The position numbers were made by a program, and so were the translations under genes. Below are positions 24,809-38,140 of a DNA stretch of 63,167 nucleotides, piece after piece. The stretch lies in assembly GCF_000002075.1 (NCBI RefSeq), contig NW_004797277.1, positions 2,926,923-2,990,089 on the forward strand. The letters run 5' to 3'. Below the pieces are notes generated by a model that saw nothing but the letters and a program-made list of their open reading frames with translations, was not told the DNA's origin and ran no database searches. The stretch comes from Aplysia californica. Taxonomy: Eukaryota. Each line of letters starts with the position of its first letter. The stretch's first letter is position 1.

Positions 24809-26196
24809 AATTGTATTGACGGGTATAACACCTCTTTCAACACTGTGAGGTTATTTCACAGGACAGACCTCCGAACTTCATATTCATTTCTGATAGGAAC
24901 CAGTCAAGAGGATGGGGAGCCTTGAGAACTCCCCAAACAATTCAAGTGCCTGTCAAGTACGGGTTCAAACCAAGGCCATTCGAACTATGGCCTAACATGA
25001 CATCAATTGAATTAGCGGAGCACCTTCAAGTTTAATTCATATAGAACTACATTCAAAAAGGGCAAATGCATTAATTAATACAGGACCATCATATGAACCA
25101 TCATTTTATGATTATAATGCCTATGAGCAATTTCAAAGTATCCAAGAATCTTCAGCCTTTTTCAGAGTCTAAAAGAATCATCAGACACCTTTCAGTGAGC
25201 ATGGCTATTCCACACTGACATACCAAGTTGCCAGCCAACTGGACCTCATATGGTCAGGTATAAAAAACATGGACACACTATCTGCACACACTGGACATGG
25301 ATTTCAAATCTGCCATAAGCTGACAAGACGCCTTTTTTTCTTCAGAACAATTTCGAGAAAAAATGTCACCATAGCCATTTTAAAATAGTCATTCCACAAC
25401 TTAAATTCTGATTTATTAAAAAACTAGTCACAGTTTTTATTTGATTTTTTTCCACACAAGTAGGATAACTGATCATGCTATCGATTTAGCTAATAAAAAA
25501 TTCTGACGCCAAAATGAAAAAATAAAGGCAGAAATATTCACAAGAGATGACATATTTCGTACACATTATAATAATTATAAAACAATATTAGTTCTTATTA
25601 CAACTGTAAAATTCCATTTAATAATAATGAAATGATCACAAAAAGAAACAGGTTCTTTTACAAAATATCACTATTATGTTTATCAGCAGCCCAGTAAGAT
25701 TAGAGAAATCAAATTGACAAATGAGCATCTTGGAGAACGAAATGGAAGAGCCAAGTAGGGCGACGAGCCACATCCACATCCATCTAATGCAAACTTCTTC
25801 TGAGTGCTTGAAGCAAACACCTACAAGCAAACACACACCAGCATACACACACACACAAACACACACACACCAATGGCTGGGTGCAAGATTCCAACAAACA
25901 CCAATGCCGTGCATTTTTGGGGAGTCTCGTATCTAAAACTACACACACACACATACACACACACACACATACACACAAACACACACACACACAATCCACA
26001 GAGATACAGCCGAACCAATTCTAATGGCCATGTATGTCCTCAACAATTATCACCTCCACATACGACCACTTTCCATCCCACTTGTGTTATTTCTAATATA
26101 TATTTGACACTGTCCAAGATGTCCACCAGTCTAAGAAAAATTCTTCTCCTTGACAATGGTTGGGCATCTCCGACATTATATACAATACAAACTTAC

Positions 26197-26276
26197 TTGC
26201 TCCCACATTAACACTGCAGGCTTCTCAGCTGGAGATTTGATTTCATTCTTAACCTGACATACTCCAGTCTTGTTCT
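26197..26276 (-). CDS. TPGS2: TPGS2 exon 2 (ENKTGVCQVKNEIKSPAEKPAVLMWEQ)
   Basis: GVxxV...PAE...WEQ; TTCAG/GTAAGT. Confidence 0.94.
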
Positions 26277-26987
26277 CTGAAACAAAGCATCATGTAAAAG
26301 TACAGTTACAAGTCTAACATACAAAAAAGCAAAAGCGTAATCACAAAGTACAGATTCACAATTGCACTGACAATATATCAAAAATACGATATATTTTTTA
26401 TTGTGGGCATTATTTAAATAACTGCTCCCAATCTTTGCTATGTACCTGTCCCTTTTGACAACAATTATAATGGAAATCCAAAATGCACATAAAAGAGTTG
26501 GTAGTAAAGGAGCTTCAATCAGCTTAAATAGACAGAGGAACAGAAAAGAGGGTAAGAAAAGAAGGGAGAAACACAAACAAGGTGGCAGAAAAACAGATTA
26601 CTAGAGATAGAAGACGAGACTCAATAACCATAGTCTATTGTCAAGGAATAAAAGCTGTAGGCCTGTGCATAACCACAGCCAAACATGCCATATGCATATG
26701 CAATTATTTATAACAAACAGCTAGAATGGAATCATAAAACGTACTATACAAACTCGGGATCGAGAATTCTGAGTTACCTCGATGGATTCAGACTATGACA
26801 AGTTAAAAGAGAATTAGAATATGACAAGTTTTCCTAGGAAACACGAATTGTGCCAGTGTGATGGTAAATCAGCGAGGTAAATTCTGCACCTGAACGATAA
26901 AATACGACCAAATCTAACATTTAAAATAGACCAGCAACGATCACAAATAGACCTGGAGATCTTTCTTTATACCAACACAGAGTAGCG

Positions 26988-27068
26988 ATTAGATCTAGAT
27001 CTATATATCGAGATCTAGATCTAGATTTAGATATCTAGAATCTAGATCAAGAATCTAGATTCTAGATC
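26988..27068. repeat. (TAGATC)n-type palindromic simple repeat
   Basis: Visible run near the 5' end of TPGS2 intron 1. Confidence 0.8.
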
Positions 27069-27133
27069 AATTCACAAGCAAAATAATATTCTGAAAAACG
27101 TTAGTTAAAGTGCCAGGGAAAGTGTCAACTCAC

Positions 27134-27197
27134 CAAGGTACTTTACAACATTTATTGTCATCTGCTCTATGTAGCTCTTGACTTTAAAGTCACTCAT
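27134..27197 (-). CDS. TPGS2: TPGS2 first coding exon (MSDFKVKSYIEQMTINVVKYL)
   Basis: AACATG start context, GTGAGT donor, phase 1 fits exon 2; aligns with the TPGS2 N-terminal helix. Confidence 0.88.
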
Positions 27198-27390
27198 GTT
27201 GCTTAGGTACAACAACTATGACCAGATGATATGAAATCGACCTCCGCAAAATATATCACGAATTTAAAGGCGCCTCAACAATCCACTACATTTGACAACC
27301 TAGTCTACCACTGCAAGAGTGGACTGCTCGTACTCGCAAGCGTCTCGTTGCTAGAAGAAGCTTGTTTCTACTTCCTCTTCGAAGGTAAAT

Positions 27391-27404
27391 TTGCGCATGC
27401 GCAA
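27391..27404. promoter_or_regulatory. NRF1/EWG-type palindrome TTGCGCATGCGCAA in the TPGS2 promoter
   Basis: Exact TGCGCATGCGCA consensus about 200 bp upstream of the ATG. Confidence 0.8.
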
Positions 27405-28214
27405 TGACGAGGAATGCGTTCTTTTACTTTCGCTTTCCGAAAATCGGGAAGAAAGTGACCCATCAGACCGGAGACAAAAAAGTAGCCTAGTCATCTCCGA
27501 TCAGACCCCCCTCCCTTGATCAAAATTGTGATTTAAAAAAAAAGAAAGAAAGAAAAAGGACCGGGAGAAAAAAACTTTACAAAGTTTTGTCTGAATAACT
27601 CGCACGAAATTGTGGGTATTTTTTTTTTACTCATGGACCTGTTTCAAGCTTAGATAATATTATTCTAAAACGCTTTTCTAGTTCATTTTTATCTGCTTTA
27701 CCCATGTTGATTTTCTGTCAATTGCAAATTTTTAGTGTATGAGATTATGGATATTTTTATACGAACTATTACAATGGGACCAATGGCGATCAAATCACCC
27801 TAATTTGATGATTTCGCAATTAGGATTGATAATAACAATACTTGAAAACAATTGATTTGGAGGGGTTTTATTGGTAATATATTATGCGTGTTCTACAGCA
27901 AAAATGATGGCAGTAATTAGCCCCCAAAACAATGACAATGCATCAGCGGCGGGTCTAAATGTAAAAATTTATCAAATTGTGCTAGAATGTTGTATTTTGG
28001 AACAGACGTAATTCATTCGGCATGAATTTGTTTGGCATAAAATTCATGTATGTAACTTATTCTTGAAAACGAAAAGGACACATAAACAGTAATAAACACC
28101 CATAAACACAAAATGAGCAATTTCAAAATATGTTGTAAGGAAAATCATGAACCGACTGGTTTTGTTGTTGTTGTTTTTCAACCTTTTTGTTTCAGCCATC
28201 CCTGTAACATTTAA

Positions 28215-28454
28215 CTCTTCTGTACGTCGTGTTTTACTATCGTATTCATACGACGTGGGAAACTCTGTGCCGCCACTTTCCAAAGAGGAAATTTCGTTAA
28301 TCCGATCAGTACGCTTTGCATTGCAGTCTGTCTAAATGACTTTTTGAGAAATACTAAAAGTTTCAAAGAGATCTTCGTACAAGAAAGAAGTATTCTAAAA
28401 TGTGAAGGATACAAACACGGGGGTATAAAATGACCTCAGGGCGTACGGATATGG
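28215..28454. mobile_element. 240-bp piggyBac-type MITE
   Basis: TTAA flanks; homologous to 2520-2759. Confidence 0.85.
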
Positions 28455-28605
28455 TTAAGCAATACTTCATATTATTATTATTATCATTATTATAGCGGTG
28501 CCTCGCAAGACACGCCAATTCAATTCCAGAGGCGCACCGTGGGTCTTCCACTTCACTACCAGACCCGAGAATTGAGTTATAGAGCAGATCTCTGATCTCA
28601 TCTAA

Positions 28606-29565
28606 TGCGGCCCATACACGATCAAATAATAAATATACTGTGCAATCCTGGTAGCACAATAATATTAATTGACAGTTTTTAGGTTGCCCACACAGCTCAA
28701 CATGATTGACACTTAAATTGCGCAAATCAGGCTCTGTTTGGTCTTGCAACCCGTTGAGACAGGATTATGGGTGATTTTGACCCAGCAATCGTTGTGGCAG
28801 TTACTCTTGCTACATAAAACATAATATTAGGTGATTTCTCAAAACGGAAACATGCGAAATGGTCAAAAGAATGGCTTCTGCAGCTTCCAAAGTTCAGACA
28901 CACAAAATGACTACGTGAACTGAGCCATAATGAGCTACAGGATTTTCAAAACTTTCTGCGCATGGATGTCGGATTCTAAAATGAGCTGTTGCTAATGGTA
29001 ATGACCCACGGTACGCCTCTGAATGCAGACTACAATATTTTTCTGAGTCAAGGCTTTCTTCAATTCTTTCCGATAATTTGTTCTGTAGTCATTTATTTAT
29101 TTTTTCTTTCTTTCTTTTTTTTTTAGGGACATCTTCTCTAGTATAGCTTTGGTACTTTTCCTGGAATTAAAAAAATAAAAATAATACGCCGTAAGCTGCA
29201 TCTTTCCTTTGTCTGTTGTTGTAATCGTCAAATTTCACTTTCCATAGGGCTGGTAAAGTTTTGTAAATCTCGATACATGCCAATTGAAATGCCTTGTCTT
29301 CTGCTTTATCAGACAGCCTGGACATGATGAGAGTACGAAATGTGGAAGAAAAATGACTTGTGCACGATTTAATTGAAGGTAGCCACTCACAGTCAATTAA
29401 ATTGTGCAAGCAAGTAGACGCGCAATAAAACTGATCAAACTGATTTTGATTGACTCAATACATTTGCGCAAGTCGCCAATATCGCCCATACATAGTCAAT
29501 TTAATCGTCAATTCCGAGTATTGATAATAAAATTGCACTATATAATTGATTGTGTATGGGCCGCA
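28606..29565 (-). mobile_element. PIF/Harbinger non-autonomous element carrying a MADF-domain remnant
   Basis: TIR TGCGGCCCATACAC, TAA TSD on both sides; ORF 29167-29409 encodes IEIYKTLPALWKVKxxDYxNRQRKDAAY (MADF-like). Confidence 0.9.
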
Positions 29566-30659
29566 TAATTAAGAGCAAAGGCGCATTCCTGTGTTTCATA
29601 AATCCTAGTTTATTCGACACAAGGATTCATTGAAGGCTACTTTTTTGTTTGTTTGAAGTAAGGGGTTTGGTCACGTATCGTCGCCCTCTCTCAGCCGTAA
29701 ACACTATCGACCCCACAATGTGAACGACAGTGAGCTGGTCTCGCGGAGACCTTAGCGTTTACAAAACACTGCCCTCCTCTTCACACTCTCAAATTTTTTT
29801 TTTTTTTAAATTTAACTTTTCCCTCAGCCACTCGAACTTGGTGGATTAAAAGAAGAAAAATAAATTACCTACCTTTAGAGATTAAAAACGAACAAACGTC
29901 CAGTAAGAGGTGTATGGGGGAGAGGGATATGATGAGGGGGGGGACTCAAACTCCAGACAGTGAAGAGAGAGGGGGGGGGGAGTAGGGATGGGGGTTTGGA
30001 ACAAGGGTATATCGCAGTCTATCTCGCGCCAGAAGTGAAGGGGTTAATGAGCGACACTGTAGTCGCAAATTCATATTGACGTCCGTTACTATTGATTGGG
30101 TAATCAGTCAGAGCGGCCATTCATATCACTTAGATGGCCTGCTTATTCGTATAATAATCCGAGGATCACTCTGTTGTGGGAGGGGCTAGCGAATTATGAC
30201 AGTACCCACGCCTCCCTCACCAGCGGCGCAAAATTTGTCACCGAGTAGTCAACTTGGGAAGGGAGGGGCTTATCATAAGGACAGATGAATGGATTATGAC
30301 GGGTCGTCCGACGGCTTGTCCACAGTTTGGTGGGCCGATCTCTACTTAATAGAGACCAAATCTTTTTTAAAACAACCAAACTCACAAGTACATATATTCA
30401 GAAAAAAATTGTTATATAAAAGCATAATTAGAATATAGGTAATAATTATTGTCCCGATAGTTCCATACAGTAGCCACTCAATGATAAATTGATTAGACTA
30501 TTTCTCCATGGTATCCGCGCCACGAAGCGGCGCTGGGGTTGTTGTTTTTTTTTGTTTTTTTTTGGTTGGGAGGCGGGAGGGTTAGATATTTACATAACGG
30601 TAGCGACCAGGAGGAGCAGATATCAAAGTGGTTTTTCCAAGCGTGAAAAGGCACTCTCT

Positions 30660-33600
30660 TGTCACCTACATCACACCCCTGGGGTATGACAACATTACAC
30701 AAGGAGACGCCAGTCTGGCGACCCTCAATGGCAGGCGGGCACGGGCAAAGGTCAAGACTTTCAGCCAATCACATCGCTTGACCACCGCTGGTGAAATTGA
30801 GAATGTTATTTTCCCCAGGGAAAAACTCTTTTACTGGTTACAATAAAACAACAATTAACAAAAACCCCACAAAAATGTTACCAAGAAAGGGAAGTTAGGT
30901 GATAATCTTTACAAAAGATATGGTTGGTAGATTAATAATTTTGTCAACGTTTATAACACTAAAAAGAACTAATACGATCCAACAGAAAGTATCAACACTT
31001 ACATAACAACCCCACAAAGACGAGACCATAAGTCATGTTATCCCGCAAGTTTGACAAGCTTTTTTCAGGGAAATAAATAGTGGGGGGGGGGGGGGGGGGG
31101 GGGGGAGCCATTGAACATCTAAGAGTAAAAATACAAACAACTTAATTTCAAGACATATAAAACGTTTTTTTTTTCTTTAAAATGATATATTAGATCCACG
31201 TGCGTGTAGCCAGAGTCGCATTATAATACATTGTATACGGAAAATGTGGATAAAAACAGGTAAAATCGTGTCTTAAGAAAGAAAGACAGAAAAGGTAATG
31301 ATATTAAGTTTTAAAAAATAAAAACTTGTTATGATCACGGCCTGGACACGTGACTGTGATACTCACGTGGCTTATGCCCTTGGGGTATTAAGGCGTTACC
31401 TCAGCTCAGCCAATCACATCGCTGGACCACCGCTGGTGAAACTGAATGTTATTTTCCCCAAATTAAAACTCTTTTACTGATTACAATAAAACAAAATGTA
31501 ACAATAAACCCACAAAAAATGTTATCAAGAAAGGGAAGCTAGGTTATAATATTTACAAAAGGTACGGTTGATTAATACTTTGTCAACGTTTATCCCTCTG
31601 AAAGAAGCTAATACAATCCAACAGAAAGTATCAACACTTACATAACAACCCCACAAAAACCAGACGCTAACTCGTGTTTCCCCGCCTTTTTGACCACCAT
31701 TGTTCTTGGTGATGTTTAAACCGGAGGGACAAAACTAAAATTCAGTTCATTTCGTTAGCGGGGTACACAACGTGTTGACATCGACATTGTCTTCAGATTT
31801 TGTGGATATACACGTCGAGTCCCAGACTTTCTCTGCCTTGTCTTTTATAAACCGTGTTTGGCGACAAAAGTGGTGTTGACTTCTGCAGTTTGAGACTGTC
31901 ACAAAAGTGTCTACTTGTTTTTTCTTGCCTGAGCAAAAGCTGAATAATTTGTGGATATAACGAGACACAGGAAGATTAGCTGCTCAAAGTAAGTCAATGT
32001 TTCTTTTTCTTTTCTTTTTCTTTTTAAGCTTGCCGTGATGTCCTGTGAATGAACAATCAGTTTACACGTGTCTATGAAAGTGATGTTATCATTACAATAA
32101 ATGTATTTGGATTTTTTTTACTAAAGGAAATGATTTCAATTCCGTACAGGGAAGATAGACTCTACAAACTTTAAAACTTTTAATTCATTCTGAATCTCAC
32201 CCTGTAATGGCCGCCCTTTTCACTCCTTCACTCTCTTTATGCCTTTTACCGCGAAGCCGTCATCGTTAAAATAATGGATAAGCTAGCTTTGCTCAAACCC
32301 CCAACTAAAGTTTCAATAGCGTTGACAGAACTTCTTCAAACAATGTTTTTATTTTACTTCAAACAAATATATTATTTTTTTGCTGTTGTGGTAAAATCGT
32401 GTTTGAAGAAAATAGGACCAAAAAAGGTAGTAAAATGAAGTTTTAGAACAAAGATTTGTTCACCGCTTGGACAAGCATCAGTGTTACCCACCACGTGGCT
32501 TATGCCCCTGGGGTATTACAACATTACACAAGGAGACGCGAATCTGGCGACACTCGCTGGCAGGCGGGCAAGGGCAAAGGTCAAGACTTTCAGCCAATCA
32601 CATCACTTGACCGCCGCTGGTGAAACAGAATGTTATTTTCCCCAGGGTAAAACTCTTTTACTGATTGCAATAAAACAACAATTAACAATATACCCACAAA
32701 AAAGGGAAGGTCGGTGATAATATTTACAAAAGATATGGTAAATTAATAATTTTGTCAACATTTATCCCTCCGAAAGAAACTAATACGATCCAAAGAAAGT
32801 ATCAACACTTACGTTATAACAATTCCACAAAGATAAGACCCTAAGTCATGTTTTCCATCCGTTTTGACCAGCTTTTTTCAGTGGAAAAAAAAGAGGGGGG
32901 GGGGAATCTTTGAACATCTAAGCAAAAATACAAACAACCTAATTTTAAGACACGTGAAACGTTTAAAAAAAACATGATGTATTAGATACAGGTGCGTGTA
33001 GCCAGAGTCGCATAATAATGCATTGTATATGGCCAATATGGATAAAAACAGGCAAAATCGTGTCTGGAGAAAGTATGGCAAAAAAGATAGCAAAATGATC
33101 ACGGCCTGGACACATGACGTTATACCGAAGTGGCTTATGCCCCTAGGGTATTAAGGCGTTACACACGTTCAGCCAATCACATCGCTTGACCACCGCTGTG
33201 GAAACTGAATGTTATTTTCCCCAGAGTAAAACTCTTTTACTGATTACAATAAAACAAAATGTAACAATAAACCCACAAAAAATATTATCAAGAACGGGAA
33301 GCTAGGTTATAATATTTACAAAAGGTACGGTTAATTAATACTTTGTCAACGTTTATCCCTCTGAAAGAAGCTAATACAATCCAACAGAAAGTATCAACAC
33401 TTACATAACAACCCCACAAAGACCAGACGCTAACTCGTGTTTCCCCGCCTTTTTGACCACCTTTGTTCTTGGTGATGTTTAAACCGGAGGGACAAAACTA
33501 AAATTCAGTTCATTTCGTTAGCGGAGTACACAACGTGTTGACATCGACATTGTCTTCAGATTTTGTGGATATACACGTCGAGTCCCAGACTTTCTCTGCC

Positions 33601-36600
33601 TTGTCTTTTATAAACCGTGTTTGGCGACAAAAATGGTGTTGACTTCTGCAGTTTGAGACTGTCACAAAAGTGCCTACTTGTTTTTTCTTGTCTGAGCAAA
33701 AGCTGAATAAGTTGTGGATGTAACGATACCAGGAAGATTAGCGGCTCAAAGTGAACCTTTATTTTTCTTTTCTTTTTCTTCTTAAAGTTTGTCTTTGTGT
33801 CTTCTGAATAAACCTACAGTTTACACGTGTCTATGAAAATGATGTAATTATTACAATCTTTGGTTTGTTACTAAAGGAAATGAGTTCCATTCCTACAGGG
33901 AGGATAGCTGAACGCGTTTCTACAAACATTACAACTTTTAATTCATCCTGAATCTCACCCTGTAATGGCCGCCTCTTTTCACTCCTTCACTCTCTTTATG
34001 CCTGTTACCACGAAGCCGTCATCGTTAAAATAATGGATAAGCTAGCTTTGCTCAAACCCCCAACTAAAGTTTCAATAGCGTTGACAGAACTTCTTGCAAT
34101 AATGCTTTTATTTTACTGCAAACAAATATTTTTTGTTGTTGTGGTAAAATTGTGTCTGAAGAAAATAGGATAAAAAAGGTAGTAAAATGAAACTTTGGGA
34201 CAAAAACTTGTTCACCGCCTGGACAAGCATCAGTGTTACCCACCACGTGGTTTATGCCCCTGGGTATTACAACATTACACAAGGAGACGCGAATCTGGCG
34301 ACACTCGCTGGCAGGCGGGCAAGGGCAAAGGTCAAGACTTTCAGCCAATCACATCGCTTGACCACTTTCCACCCACCCCCCCCACTTCCTGTCAAACTCA
34401 GACGCGGTCACCATATCACACCAAACAATAACACCTGTCTTAGACGGCCACCTGAGTGACTCCATTACATTTTGTCATGAATTATGCGTTGGCCCCTGGC
34501 GTTGTGGGCGTACCATCTTTATCCAATCACCTGTTGTTGTTGATAGCTAGCTCCTCCAACCGATCATGTTGTTTTGGCCCTTCCCACTGTTGACCAATAG
34601 GTAACAATAAATAAAACGTTCGACTGCTGGTGAGGTAAGCGTGTGATCCCCCATAACCCATAAGCCCCGCCCACAACTCAGACACAAATCGTATGTGAGA
34701 TGAGCGGTCACTGTTTACCCAGTCTGTAACAAAGTAACAATGAACATCAACATAAACTTGCGACAGAAGCGTCGCTCGTTCTCCCAGTGGTGGCGACNNN
34801 NNNNNNNNNNNNNNNNNNNNNNNNNNNNNNNNNNNNNNNNNNNNNNNNNNNNNNNNNNNNNNNNNNNNNNNNNNNNNNNNNNNNNNNNNNNNNNNNNCCT
34901 AAGTCATGATTTCCTCCGTTTTGACCAGCTTTTTTCAGTGGAAAAAAGAGGGGCGGGGGGGGGGGGGGTGGTGGTGCCGGGGAACCTTTGAACATCTAAG
35001 CCAAAATACAAACAGCTTAATTTTAAGACACATGAAACGTTTAAAAAAAACATGATTTATTAGATACAGGTGCGTGTAGCCAGAGTCGCAAAATAATGCA
35101 TTGTATATGGCCAATGTGGATAAAAACAGGCAAGTCGTGTCTGGAGTAAGTATGACAAAAAAGGTAGAAAAATGATCACGGCTTGAACACGTGACTGTCA
35201 TATCCACGTGGCTTATGCCCCTGGGGTATTATGGCGTTACACAAGCTCAGCCAATCACATCGCTTGACCACCACTGGTGAAATAGACTGTTATTTTCCCC
35301 AGAGTAAAACTCTTTTACTGATTACAATAAAACAAAATGCAACAATAAACCCACAAAAATGTTATCAAGAAAGGGAAGCTAGGTTATAATATTTACAAAA
35401 GGTACGGTTAATTAATACTTTGTCAACGTTTATCCCTCTGAAAGAAGCTAATACAATCCAACAGAAAGTATCAACACTTACATAACAACCCCACAAAAAC
35501 CAGACGCTAACTCGTGTTTCCCGCCTTTTTGACCACCTTTGTTCTTGGTGATGTTTAAACCGGAGGGACAAAACTAAAATTCAGTTCATTTCGTTAGCGG
35601 AGTACACAACGTGTTGACATCGACATTGTCTTCAGATTTTGTGGATATACACGTCGAGTCCCAGACTTTCTCTGCCTTGTCTTTTATAAACCGTGTTTGG
35701 CGACAAAAGTGGTGTTGACTTCTGCAGTTTGAGACTGTCACAAAAGTGTCTACTTGTTTTTTCTTGCCTGAGCAAAAGCTGAATAATTTGTGGATATAAC
35801 GAGACACAGGAAGATTAGCGGCTCAAAGTAAGTGAACCTTTATTTTTCTTTTCTTTTTCTTCTTAAAGTTTGTCGTGATGTCTTCTGAATGAACCTACAG
35901 TTTACACGTGTCTATGAAAGTGATGTAATTATTTCAATCTTTGGTTTGTTACTAAAGGAAATGAGTTCCATTCCCTACAGGGAGGATAGATGAACGCGTT
36001 TCTACAAACTTTAAAACTTTTAATGCATCATGAATCTCTGTATTTGTCAGGTAAAAACCGAATACATAATTACAGGATTTACTGAAGCTCCCGACATAAT
36101 AATAAAACAAGTTTAAAATATCAACGTATGGAAGAGCAATGGAGAGTTCTACATTTTGTTTATTATCCTCATCAACACTGTTGTTGTTGTTGTCGTTGTA
36201 AAATCGTGATTGAAGAAAGTAGGACCCCCCCCCCCCACCCAACAAAAAGGTAGTAAAAAGAAATTTAGGGACAAAAACTTGTTCACCGCCTGGACAAGCA
36301 TCAGTGTTACCAACCACGTGGTTTATGCCCCTGGGGTATTACAACATTACACAAAAACACGCCAGTCTGGGACACTGGCTGGTATGTGGGCTAGGGCAAA
36401 GGTCAAGACGCTCAGCCAATCACATCGCTTGACCACCGTTCATGAAACAGAATGTTATTTTCCCCAGAGGAAGACTCTTTTACTGATTACAATAAAACAA
36501 CAATTAACAATAAACCCACAAAAAAGGGAAGGTCGGTGATAATACTTACAAAAGATATGGTAAATTAATAATTTGTCAACATGTATCCCTCCGAAAGAAA

Positions 36601-38140
36601 TTAATACGATCCAAAGAAAGTATCAACACTTACGTTATAACAACCCCACAAAGATAAGACCCTAAGTCATGTTTTCCATCCGTTTTGACCAGCTTTTTTT
36701 CAGTGGAAAAAAAAAGGGCGGAAACGTTTAAAGAAACATGATTTATTAGATACAGGAGCGTGTAGCCAGAGTCGCATAATAGTGCATTGTATATGGCCAA
36801 TGTGGATAAAAACAGGCAAAATCGTGTCTGGAGTAAGTATGACAAAAAAGGTAGAAAAATGATCACGGTCTGGACACGTGACTGTCATACCCACGTGGCT
36901 TATGCCCCTGGGGTATTAAGGCGTTACCTCAGCTCAGCCAATCACATCGCTGGACCACCGCTGGTGAAGCTGAATGTTATTTTCCCCAAATTAAAACTCT
37001 TTTGCTGATTACAATAAAACAAAATGTAACAATAAACCCACAAAAAATGTTATCAAGAAAGAGAAGCTAGGTTATAATATTTACAAAAGGTACGGTTGAT
37101 TAATACTTTGTCAACGTTTATCCCTCTGAAAGAAGCTAATACAATCCAACAGAAAGTATCAACACTTACATAACAACCCCACAAAAACCAGACGCTAACT
37201 CGTGTTTTCCGCCTTTTTGACCACCTTTGTTCTTGGTGATGTTTAAACCGGAGGGACAAAACTACAATTCAGTTCATTTCGTTAGCGGAGTACACAACGT
37301 GTTGACATCGACATTGTCTTCAGATTTTGTGGATATACACGTCGAGTCCCAGACTTTCTCTGCCTTGTCTTTTATAAACCGTGTTTGGCGACAAAAGTGG
37401 TGTTGACTTCTGCAGTTTGAGACTGTCACAAAAGTGTCTACTTGTTTTTCTTGCCCGAGCAAAAGCTGAATAATTTGTGGGTATAACGAAACCTAGGAGG
37501 AATAGCGGCTCAAAGTAAGTGAACGTTTATTTTTCTTTTCTTTTTTTTCTTAATGTTTGTCTTGATGTCTTCTGAATAAACCTACAGTTTACACGTGTCT
37601 ATGAAAATGATGTAATTATTACAATCTTTGGTTTGTTACTAAAGGAAATGAGTTCCATTCCTACAGGGAGGATAGCTGAACGCGTTTCTACAAACATTAC
37701 AACTTTTAATTCATCCTGAATCTCACCCTGTAATGGCCGCCCCTTTTCACTCCTCCACTCTCTTTATGCTTGTTACCACAAAGCCCTTATCGTTAAAATA
37801 ATGGATAAGCTAGCTTTGCTCAAACCCCCAACTAAAGTTTCAATAGCGTTGACAGAACTTCTTGCAATAATGCTTTTATTTTACTGCAAACAAATATTTT
37901 TTGTTGTTGTGGTAAAATTGTGTCTGAAGAAAATAGGATAAAAAAGGTAGTAAAATGAAACTTTGGGACAAAAACTTGTTCACCGCCTGGACAAGCATCA
38001 GTGTTACCCACCACGTGGTTTATGCCCCTAGGGTATTACAACATTACACAAGGAGACGCCAGTCTGGCGACACTCGCTGGCAGGCGGGCAAGGGCAAAGG
38101 TCAAGACTTTCAGCCAATCACATCGCTTGACCACTTTCCA
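30660..38140 (+). repeat. Tandem array of ~1.7-2.0-kb units containing E-box/CCAAT modules, TATA box and a donor-terminated exon
   Basis: Module ...TCAGCCAATCACATC... at ~30742, 31407, 32590, 33168, 34341, 35247, 36412, 36934 and 38110. Confidence 0.92.
31846..31994 (+). promoter_or_regulatory. Putative TATA box plus non-coding first exon ending CAAA|GTAAGT (repeat copy 1)
   Basis: TATAAA at 31846, Inr-like GCAGTT about 35-40 nt downstream, consensus donor at 31989; equivalent donors at 35828 and 37515, mutated at 33751. Confidence 0.55.

Noticed and set aside
31747-31968. 73-aa minus-strand ORF recurring in the repeat units
   Set aside because: Recurs only because of the duplication; non-ATG start, truncated or absent in other units, no recognisable domain.
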